Source of the DNA: an uncultured Acidobacteriota bacterium
GTDB taxonomy: Bacteria > Acidobacteriota > Thermoanaerobaculia > Multivoradales > JAHEKO01
NCBI GenBank assembly: GCA_963713825.1
Contig: CAVQNG010000004.1
Coordinates: 32,001-96,000 of the forward strand
Direction of reading: 5' to 3'
DNA length: 64,000 nt
Shown here: positions 1-7,114 of the stretch, one piece after another
Numbering within the stretch: position 1 is the first letter of the stretch
Layout of the letters: each line of letters starts with the position of its first letter
The notes under the pieces: generated by a model
Seen by the model: only the letters and a program-made list of their open reading frames with translations
What the model was told of the DNA's origin: nothing
Database searches by the model: none
Program-made: the position numbers and the translations under genes

Positions 1-8
1 GGACAAGA

Positions 9-926
9 TCAGGCGACGTCGGCCTGCACTCGACCCTGCGCCTCGGCTTCGGTCGCTCCAAGACGCAACCCCTTCACCAGCGCCTCGAGCTCGCCCATGG
101 TCGTTCCGACATGCAGATGTGGGACGTCGGGTAGGCCGAGCTGATCCGCTTTCTGCCCTCCGATGACCAGTGGGAGTCCCTTGTCCTCGAGGGCTTCGAC
201 GAACTCGACCAGCTGCGCCTGCAACTTTTCCCGGTCCTCGATGGCAGTCACGCTCAGCCATAGCAAGCTGGCATCCATCGACTCCGCTGCCAATTGCAGC
301 GATTCGAGAGGTGTCTCCGGGCCCAGGTTGACCGCATTCAGACCACGGGACTCGAGCACTGCAGCAGCTGCCAGAGATGGCAGTAGATAAGGGTCACCCG
401 AGGGAGCACCGCCAACCGCAACCGGAGAACCTGGCTGGCTCGGGATCAAAAGACGCAGCCGCGTCAAGGCCTGAATGGCGATGTCAGTGGCCCTGTGCTC
501 TTGGAAGACTCCCGCGGTCTCATTGCCCTCGAACCACAGCTTCCCGAGACGCTCCATGGCCGTCTGCACGGGACCATCGATGATCTGGGCAATGCTCCGG
601 CCACTGAGATAGAGACTCTGGATCAGTCCCCTGGCGTGCTCTGCCCTGCCACTCTCGAGGAAGTCGAAGAGGGTATCTCCGACATCCCCTCCTATTGGTA
701 GGTCTCCACCGAGCGCCGAGACATCCGGCAATCCGAAGATGTCCGGGTGTAAAAGTGGCGTCTTCGTTTCTCGCAGGAAGCGAACGGCTTCGCTCATGGC
801 GATCCTGCGATGCCCACCAGCGGTCTTGCTGGCGGGAATCGTCCCCGAATCGACCCATCGCTTGATCGAGGATTCGCTGACTCCGATCGCCTGGGCGAAC
901 TCTTTTGGGCTCAAGACATCCTTCAT
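9..926 (-). CDS. Excisionase/MerR-type HTH transcriptional regulator with B12-binding_2 cap and B12-binding Rossmann domain (CarH/LitR-like)
   Basis: N-terminal LSPKEFAQAIGVSESSIKRWVDSG..KTAGGHRRI HTH; W-x11-EH cap motif; GDPYLLP...NLGPETP...LLWLS...LVIGG Rossmann motifs; divergent from a photolyase. Confidence 0.85.
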   Translation of the reverse strand: MKDVLSPKEFAQAIGVSESSIKRWVDSGTIPASKTAGGHRRIAMSEAVRFLRETKTPLLHPDIFGLPDVSALGGDLPIGGDVGDTLFDFLESGRAEHARGLIQSLYLSGRSIAQIIDGPVQTAMERLGKLWFEGNETAGVFQEHRATDIAIQALTRLRLLIPSQPGSPVAVGGAPSGDPYLLPSLAAAAVLESRGLNAVNLGPETPLESLQLAAESMDASLLWLSVTAIEDREKLQAQLVEFVEALEDKGLPLVIGGQKADQLGLPDVPHLHVGTTMGELEALVKGLRLGATEAEAQGRVQADVA

Positions 927-1006
927 CGTGGAATTTCCTATTGCTTGACGATTTGAGTGTTTAACAATCAGCGATCCGACTGCTTAACCCTGCTCTGAAC
1001 AAGCCA

Positions 1007-1035
1007 ACTATGCCAGTAAATACAGTTAAAGTCAA
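1007..1035 (-). promoter_or_regulatory. sigma70-type promoter for the regulator (TTGACT-N17-CATAGT)
   Basis: Minus-strand -35 at 1035-1030 and -10 at 1012-1007, 17-nt spacer, AT-rich intergenic region. Confidence 0.5.
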
Positions 1036-1060
1036 CCTTCACAGCAACCCCCGGAGATCC

Positions 1061-1089
1061 TTGACAAGTTGAGTTCCTTTTCTTAATAT
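1061..1089 (+). promoter_or_regulatory. sigma70-type promoter for the photolyase (TTGACA-N17-TAATAT)
   Basis: Perfect -35 at 1061-1066, -10 at 1084-1089, 17-nt spacer. Confidence 0.75.
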
Positions 1090-1107
1090 GAATGTTATGA
1101 CTGTTTG

Positions 1108-1323
1108 CGTAGCCTCACTCATGCTCTCCAAACGCTCCGCGATGGTGCAGGCCCTCGGCGAATCGCCTACCCAGTGCCTTACCCTGCTTCTGCTGTTCTT
1201 GCTGCAGCCCTCCCTCCAGGCGACCCGACAGGAAAGGCACTCCCGGACTCGCCTCGCCTCTGCCGAGGGTCTGCACGATCGCGTAGACTTCTGAAAGGCT
1301 CCCAACCCAAAGGAGGAGCTACG
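1108..1323 (+). ncRNA. Candidate structured 5' leader (cis-regulatory RNA) of the photolyase mRNA
   Basis: 22-nt arms 1138-1159 and 1262-1283 pair with one mismatch and one G-U; nested stem 1173-1180/1234-1241; CGTAGC 1108-1113 can pair with GCTACG 1318-1323 next to the RBS. Confidence 0.45.
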
Positions 1324-2748
1324 ATGAAATCCCTTGTCTGGTTTCGATCCGACCTCCGACTTGAAGACAATCCGGCACTCTTTCACGCCTGTCGCGACTC
1401 CGCGGCTGGCCTGATTGCTGTATTCCTGATCTCCCCGAACCAATGGCACAGCCATGATTGGGGAGCTCGGAAGATCGCCTACCTCCTGCAGGGCCTCGAG
1501 AGCCTCGGCAAGGACCTGGCAGCGATCGGAATTCCCCTGGTTATCGAAGAGGCGCCCGGATTCTCCGATGCGCCGAAGGCCCTCGAAAGACTCCTGGAGC
1601 GACACCGGTGCGAGGCGCTCTACTTCAATCGCGAGTACGAGTTCAACGAGGCGAGTCGTGACGAACTGCTCTCGCGTCGCCTGCAGAGTCAGGGAATCGA
1701 GGTGCGAGCGTTCGACGACCAGATGATCGTGGAGCCCGGTACGATCCGAACGCAGAAGGGTGAGCCCTACTCTGTCTTCACACCCTTCTGGAGGAACTGG
1801 TCCAAGCATCTGGAGAATCAGCCCCCTGCACCTCTTCCAAGGCCTGCGCCTCTAGGCGCGGACTTTCTCCTGGACTTTTGCCTGCCCGAGTTCGCGGCCA
1901 CGCAAAACACAGGCTCACACTCAGATTCTGAGTGGACAGTTGGCGAGACGGCCGCCAAAGAGCAATTGATGACCTTTCTCGCGTCGGCCGCTTCGGGCTA
2001 CCACCGATTGCGAGACGACCCTTCGGCCAAGGGTACGAGTCGTCTTTCTGCCGCCCTGGCAGTCGGAGCTCTATCTCCACGGACCTGCCTCGATCGGGCA
2101 ATTAGTGCTAACGACGGATTCCTCACTGGCGACTCAGAGGGAATCCAGGCCTGGATTCGTCAACTCGCTTGGCGCGACTTCTACCGCCAAGTGCTGATCT
2201 CCTTTCCAAGGGTCAGCCGGGGCAGAAGTTTCCTCGAGTGGACGGAGCGGGTCGAGTGGAGAGACAGTCCGCATGATTTCAACGCTTGGCAAAGCGGTCA
2301 GACAGGTGTGCCACTCGTCGATGCCGGAATGAGACAACTGCGAGAAACGGGCTGGCTTCACAATCGCGTTCGGATGGTAACCGCTATGTACCTTGCCAAG
2401 GACCTCCTTCTCGACTGGCGCCAGGGCGAGGCGCACTTCATGCGCGAGCTCGTGGATGGCGATTTTGCGAACAACAACGGGGGCTGGCAGTGGTCCGCAT
2501 CGACAGGCGTCGATGCGGCACCCTACTTTCGAATCATGAACCCCTGGACCCAAGCCAAGCGTTTCGATCCCTACGGCGAGTACATCAAGACCTGGGTCCC
2601 CGAGATTCGCCAAGTCGCTTCTCGGAGCCTCCATGACCCAAAGAAGCTCACAGAGTTGATCCACGCAGGCCTCGACTACCCCGAGCCCTTGGTCGATCAT
2701 CGGGCGGCCAGAATCAGAGCTGTCACTGCTTTCGAGCGCGCCAAGTAA
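1324..2748 (+). CDS. phrB: Deoxyribodipyrimidine (class I CPD) photolyase
   Basis: WFRSDLRLEDNPAL, TSRLSAAL, WLHNRVRM, DWRQGEAHF, NNNGGWQWSASTG; RBS AGGAGGAG before ATG 1324 (ORF-track start 1105 is over-extended). Confidence 0.93.
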   Translation: MKSLVWFRSDLRLEDNPALFHACRDSAAGLIAVFLISPNQWHSHDWGARKIAYLLQGLESLGKDLAAIGIPLVIEEAPGFSDAPKALERLLERHRCEALYFNREYEFNEASRDELLSRRLQSQGIEVRAFDDQMIVEPGTIRTQKGEPYSVFTPFWRNWSKHLENQPPAPLPRPAPLGADFLLDFCLPEFAATQNTGSHSDSEWTVGETAAKEQLMTFLASAASGYHRLRDDPSAKGTSRLSAALAVGALSPRTCLDRAISANDGFLTGDSEGIQAWIRQLAWRDFYRQVLISFPRVSRGRSFLEWTERVEWRDSPHDFNAWQSGQTGVPLVDAGMRQLRETGWLHNRVRMVTAMYLAKDLLLDWRQGEAHFMRELVDGDFANNNGGWQWSASTGVDAAPYFRIMNPWTQAKRFDPYGEYIKTWVPEIRQVASRSLHDPKKLTELIHAGLDYPEPLVDHRAARIRAVTAFERAK

Positions 2749-2763
2749 CTTCGAACATCCTGC

Positions 2764-2793
2764 CTTCCCCTCGCCCCACTTCCCCTCGCCCCA
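2764..2793. repeat. Perfect 15-bp tandem repeat (CTTCCCCTCGCCCCA)x2
   Basis: Read directly, 16 nt after the photolyase stop. Confidence 0.9.
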
Positions 2794-2867
2794 GGAACGA
2801 TCGGGGACCACAAACCCGGTCTCGAGCCGATGGACGCAGGCGGCTGACACCTTTCTCGAGAAAGCCC

Positions 2868-2929
2868 TTGACAAACCTGAAGCCATAGATTACTGTTTTG
2901 AACGTTGTGAATGTTTTGAATGCTTCATC
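2868..2929 (+). promoter_or_regulatory. sigma70 promoter (TTGACA-N17-TACTGT) overlapped by tandem 9-bp direct repeats (candidate operator)
   Basis: -35 at 2868-2873, -10 at 2891-2896; TGTTTTGAA/CGTTGTGAA/TGTTTTGAA/TGCTTCATC at 2894-2929. Confidence 0.7.
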
Positions 2930-2971
2930 GAGTCAACCATGACTCTTCAATCACGAAGAAAGGAGCCGCAA

Positions 2972-3649
2972 ATGACTGGAATCCGTACGCTACTCACCCT
3001 CGTCCTGGTGCTGCTGCTGGCACCCCTCGCAGCCTCGGCCCAGAACTTCACCCTTTTTGTCACCCATGGCATTCCCGGCGACGATGGCATCTTCCCCGTC
3101 GACATCGAGGTCGGCGACCTCGGATGCGCTATTGAGAACCTCGAATTCGGCACCATCCTCGGTCCTCTGGATCTGCCCGCTGACACCTACGACATCACGA
3201 TCCACGCAGGCGGCACCAACTGCGGCGACCCCGTCCTCGGGCCGATTACCGATACCTTCGAAGAGGGTCAGAACGTATCCCTCGTCGCCCATTTGACCGA
3301 GTCAGGGGACCCGACGGTCAGCAAGTTCTTCAACGACTTTTCCAAGGCGTACGGTCGGAACAGGGTTACCGTCCATCACGTCGCGGCGGCCGGAGACGTT
3401 GACGTGATCTTCGGCCGAAACAAGAAGCGGAAAGACTTCGTCATCAACCAGTTGTCCAACGGTGAGCAGGTCGGCGCTGAGCTCACGCCTGGCAACAGAT
3501 TCCTGACGATTACTGGTTCGATCGGTGGCCCAAAGGTGCTTGGACCCGCTGCCATCAAGCTGCGACCCTGGCTCGTCACCCTGGCTTACGCGGTCGGCGT
3601 ACCCGGGGAGAGTTTTACGGTCATTTCCAAGTCGTTCTACAACAGGTAG
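2972..3649 (+). CDS. Secreted DUF4397-like protein
   Basis: Signal peptide ending AASA-Q; FVTHGIPG..PVDI, LDLPADTYDI, RVTVHHVAAAGDVDV pattern; RBS AAGGAG before ATG 2972. Confidence 0.7.
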   Translation: MTGIRTLLTLVLVLLLAPLAASAQNFTLFVTHGIPGDDGIFPVDIEVGDLGCAIENLEFGTILGPLDLPADTYDITIHAGGTNCGDPVLGPITDTFEEGQNVSLVAHLTESGDPTVSKFFNDFSKAYGRNRVTVHHVAAAGDVDVIFGRNKKRKDFVINQLSNGEQVGAELTPGNRFLTITGSIGGPKVLGPAAIKLRPWLVTLAYAVGVPGESFTVISKSFYNR

Positions 3650-3676
3650 GCGTTTCCCCCTCCTTACGTCTGTCTG
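3643..3676 (+). other. 3'-UTR hairpin with anti-Shine-Dalgarno loop (UUCCCCCUCCUU)
   Basis: 11-bp stem CAGGTAGGCGT/ACGTCTGTCTG with three G-U pairs; loop 3654-3665. Confidence 0.6.
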
Positions 3677-3697
3677 AGCACGACTGGATTGACAATA

Positions 3698-3749
3698 CCG
3701 GGGCGGGCGGCGGTTCTTCGGAGCTGCTTCTCGCCCCGGACTTCTTCTT
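3698..3749 (+). terminator. Probable intrinsic terminator
   Basis: GC-rich stem CCGGGGCG...CGCCCCGG with cUUCGg tetraloop, followed by CTTCTTCTT. Confidence 0.6.
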
Positions 3750-3857
3750 GCTGGCTCAACCTACGCAGTCCAACAACACAAATCGACCGCTGAAACCCCC
3801 TGAGCTCCCCCGATCCTCCTGACCCACAAGAGCCTTGCCTGCGGGTATGATCGAGGC

Positions 3858-5009
3858 ATGCCGAAACCGACGATCCTGGTGATCGGCCTCGGGCACCTGG
3901 GCGGTGTGGTGCTCGAGCTCCTGGCGCGCCAGGAATGGGTTGGAAGAATTGTCGGCGCCAGCCGCCACCCGGAACGAGGGGTGGCGCGATGCAATCTGGC
4001 CCGGCTCGGCGCCATGGCACAGGGCTATTCGACGGACATCGAGTACCAAGAGATCGATCTCCGAGACGTCGATCGGGTGGCCGAATCGATTGACGAGCTC
4101 GAACCCGACCTCATCCTCAGCACGGCCAGCCTGCAGACCTGGTGGCTGACCGAGTTGCTGCCTGCCGTGGCAGCCGCCCGCTTGTCGCGAGCTCGTTTCG
4201 GCGCCTGGCTGCCCATCCATCTGACCCTGACCCTGGATTTGATGCGAGCCGTCAAGGCCAGCGGCTTCCCAGGTCCCGTTCTGACCGCTCCGTTCCCGGA
4301 TGTCGTGAACTGCATTCTCGACCGACTGGGTGTGGCACCGACCTGCGGCGTTGGCAACATCGATGAAGTCGTGCCCAAGGTGCGCTGGCTTGCAGCTGAG
4401 AGTCTGCAGGTACCGAGCCGCGAAATCGAAGTGACAATGGTCGCCCATCACGCGCTGCAGAAGGCGGTCTTTCGCTCTCCGCAAGACGACGTTCCATCCG
4501 CCGTGCCCCCTTTCCACCTGCGGATCGATCACCTGGGCGAGGATGTCACCGATGAGGTAGGTGGTCGGGACCTCCTGCTCGCTCCCTCTCCACTACCCGG
4601 AGGACCAGCTTGGGGCTTTCTGACCTCCGGCTCCGCCGTCCGGCTCGTCGAGGCATTTCTATCGCCTCGGGAGTCTTTGCTGCACGCCCCTTCCCCTGGA
4701 GGACTACCAGGTGGCTACCCGGTCCTTGTGGGCAATGGTCGAGTCCGCTACCGCCCCCTCCCCGACCTCTCCCGCGGTGAGGCCATCCGGATCAACGAGC
4801 GGTCTCAGCCTTTCGATGGCATTCATGCCATCCAAGACGACGGCACCACCGTCTTCGAGCCGGTGACCGTTCAGGTGATGCGGCAGGAGTTGGGCTACGA
4901 CTGCGAGCGCCTGGCGCCTCATGAAGCGACCGAGCGTGCACAAGAGCTCCTGGCTCGCTTCCGCGAGTATGCTCAGGGCTTGGGCATCGACCTTGAACGA
5001 CCAGCTTGA
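3858..5009 (+). CDS. NAD(P)-binding Rossmann-fold oxidoreductase of unknown function (LDH/MDH- or saccharopine-dehydrogenase-like N-terminus)
   Basis: VIGLGHLGG dinucleotide motif; PFPDVVN, GVGNI, GLPGGYPV motifs. Confidence 0.6.
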   Translation: MPKPTILVIGLGHLGGVVLELLARQEWVGRIVGASRHPERGVARCNLARLGAMAQGYSTDIEYQEIDLRDVDRVAESIDELEPDLILSTASLQTWWLTELLPAVAAARLSRARFGAWLPIHLTLTLDLMRAVKASGFPGPVLTAPFPDVVNCILDRLGVAPTCGVGNIDEVVPKVRWLAAESLQVPSREIEVTMVAHHALQKAVFRSPQDDVPSAVPPFHLRIDHLGEDVTDEVGGRDLLLAPSPLPGGPAWGFLTSGSAVRLVEAFLSPRESLLHAPSPGGLPGGYPVLVGNGRVRYRPLPDLSRGEAIRINERSQPFDGIHAIQDDGTTVFEPVTVQVMRQELGYDCERLAPHEATERAQELLARFREYAQGLGIDLERPA

Positions 5010-5018
5010 GGTGCAAGC

Positions 5019-5771
5019 ATGAAGGGATTGAGTGGAAAGAGAGCTCTGGTAACCGGCGGCGCCAGCGGGATTGGTGCTGCCACTGCCAAGAGATTCCTCG
5101 AAGAAGGGTGCCAGGTCGCCGTCCTGGATCGCGACCCGGAATCCCAACAGCGACTCGAGACCGAGCTTCCAAGTCTTGCTGGAGTCTACGAGGCCGACGT
5201 CGCCGACCTCACCCAGGTTCGAGCGGCCTTCGAGGAGGCCATCCTCGATATGGGCGGCGTCGATATCCTGATCAACAACGCGGGGATCAGCATCCGCCAT
5301 CCGTTCACCGAGATCACGCCCGAGGACTGGGAGCGGGTCCTGGCCGTCAATCTCACTGGGGTCTTCTACGTGGCCCAGGCAGCGGCTCGACATATGCTGG
5401 AGAGAGGGTCCGGGGTGATTCTCAACACGGCCTCGACGAACGGTTTCATGGGCTACCCCCTCTACGCCGACTACAACGCCAGCAAAGCGGGCGTCATCGA
5501 GCTGACCCGATCGATGGCCCTGGAGCTAGCCCCGACCGTGCGAGTCAACGCTGTGGCCCCGGGCTATGTGCTCACCCCGATGCAGCGGGCCGAGTACACC
5601 GATGCAATGCTTTCGGAAGTGAATTCCAAGATTCCCATGGGGCGCCATGCTCAGCCAGAGGAAATCGCTGGCCTGTTCGCCTTCCTCGCCTCGGAAGAGG
5701 CGGCCTTCGTCAGTGGCCAGGTCTTCACCATCGATGGAGGCGAAACCGCTGGCAGCCTGGCCAGCCGATAG
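5019..5771 (+). CDS. SDR family oxidoreductase
   Basis: TGGASGIG, NNAG, YNASK, VNAVAPG. Confidence 0.92.
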   Translation: MKGLSGKRALVTGGASGIGAATAKRFLEEGCQVAVLDRDPESQQRLETELPSLAGVYEADVADLTQVRAAFEEAILDMGGVDILINNAGISIRHPFTEITPEDWERVLAVNLTGVFYVAQAAARHMLERGSGVILNTASTNGFMGYPLYADYNASKAGVIELTRSMALELAPTVRVNAVAPGYVLTPMQRAEYTDAMLSEVNSKIPMGRHAQPEEIAGLFAFLASEEAAFVSGQVFTIDGGETAGSLASR

Positions 5772-5781
5772 GGACCCCACA

Positions 5782-7107
5782 ATGACCAGACAGACGAAGC
5801 GATCCGAAGAGCTCTTTCGCCGCTCGCTCGATTCCATGATCGAGGGTGGCAGCTCGCCCTCCCGCGGCCCGGCCAACTACGGGGACTATCCGCTCTTCAT
5901 GGAGCGCGCCGAGGGTGCCCACATCTTCGACGTCGACGGCAATCGATATCTCGACTGGATGATGTCCTACGGCGCCTTGCCCCTGGGTCACGCTCATGCG
6001 GAAGTCGTGGCGGCGATTCAGCAGGCGGCGGCGGAGGGAACCCATTTTGCCTCAGCGACCGAGATCGAAATCGAAGTGGCCGAGCTGCTCCAGAAGATGA
6101 TTCCGGGGGCAGAGCGAGTTCGGTTCGCGAACACCGGCACCGAGGCCACGATGGCCGCCATACGGCTGGCCCGGGGATACACGGGCCGTCCCAAATTCGT
6201 CAAGTTCGAAGGCCAGTATCACGGCTGGTTCGACGACTTCCTGGTCAACTCCCACCCGCACCCCATCGCCTCACTGGGTCACCGCAACGACCCCGTCAAG
6301 ATTCCCGACAGCTCCGGGCTCAACCGCCACGCTCTCGACGACACGATCCTCCTGCCCTGGAACGACATGACCGCGGTCGAGAGAGCCTTCGAGACCTGGG
6401 GTGGTCAGATTGCCGCCGTGATTACCGAGGGCGTCATCGCCAACATGGGCGTCATTCCCCCAGCACCCGGCTATCTCAAGGCAGTCCGCCAACTGACTCG
6501 CCAGCACGATACCCTCTTGATCCTGGACGAAACGGTGACCGGCTGCCGAGTGGCGCCTGGTGGATGCCAGGAGTACTACGAGGTCCACGCCGACATCGTG
6601 ACCCTGGGCAAGGGGCTCGGTGCCGGCCTGCCAGTCGCGGCCTTCGTCGGCAGGGCTCAGGTGATGGAGGCGCTGGCCTGGGGAGGAGTCCTCCACTATG
6701 GGACCCAGAACGCCTCCCGCATTGGGATGCATGCGGCCCGCGCCAATCTGGAGTGTCTGCTGCGAGACGATGGCGCCGCCATCAAACACACATGGAGAAT
6801 CGGCGAAGCACTCTGCAACGGCCTCAGCGAGATTTTCGAGCGGACTTCGACACCGGCCATCGTCCAGCACGTCGGGCCGATGCTGCAGATACTGTTTACG
6901 GAGAAACGTACGATCGGCGACTATCGGGAGTTCTGCTCCTTCGTCGACCGTGATCGATACCGTCGCTTCGCCCTGGCCCTGTTCGAGCATGGGGTCTATA
7001 TGACGCCCTCCGCTGCACTCCACTCCGTCGCATCGTTGGCCCACACGGACGACGACGTGGCTTTCACGCTCGAGGCCGTCGACAAAGTCCTGTCGAGCGC
7101 TGGATGA
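5782..7107 (+). CDS. Class III PLP aminotransferase (glutamate-1-semialdehyde aminomutase-like)
   Basis: DVDGNRYLD, RFANTGTEA, KFEGQYHG, ILDETVTG, TLGKGLG; start placed at ATG 5782. Confidence 0.85.
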   Translation: MTRQTKRSEELFRRSLDSMIEGGSSPSRGPANYGDYPLFMERAEGAHIFDVDGNRYLDWMMSYGALPLGHAHAEVVAAIQQAAAEGTHFASATEIEIEVAELLQKMIPGAERVRFANTGTEATMAAIRLARGYTGRPKFVKFEGQYHGWFDDFLVNSHPHPIASLGHRNDPVKIPDSSGLNRHALDDTILLPWNDMTAVERAFETWGGQIAAVITEGVIANMGVIPPAPGYLKAVRQLTRQHDTLLILDETVTGCRVAPGGCQEYYEVHADIVTLGKGLGAGLPVAAFVGRAQVMEALAWGGVLHYGTQNASRIGMHAARANLECLLRDDGAAIKHTWRIGEALCNGLSEIFERTSTPAIVQHVGPMLQILFTEKRTIGDYREFCSFVDRDRYRRFALALFEHGVYMTPSAALHSVASLAHTDDDVAFTLEAVDKVLSSAG

Positions 7108-7114
7108 GGAGCGC

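Noticed and set aside
1090-1323. Cobalamin riboswitch in the photolyase leader
   Set aside because: None of the conserved B12-element motifs (GGGAA, CCCCGC-ACTGT, GCCACTG, AG-C-GGAGACC) is visible; kept only as an unclassified structured leader
1105-1323. N-terminal extension of the photolyase in the ORF track
   Set aside because: The strong RBS and the family N-terminus (MKSLVWFRSDLR) place the start at 1324
5782-7107. Calling the class III aminotransferase hemL
   Set aside because: Divergent motifs and an SDR-flanked context with no tetrapyrrole genes
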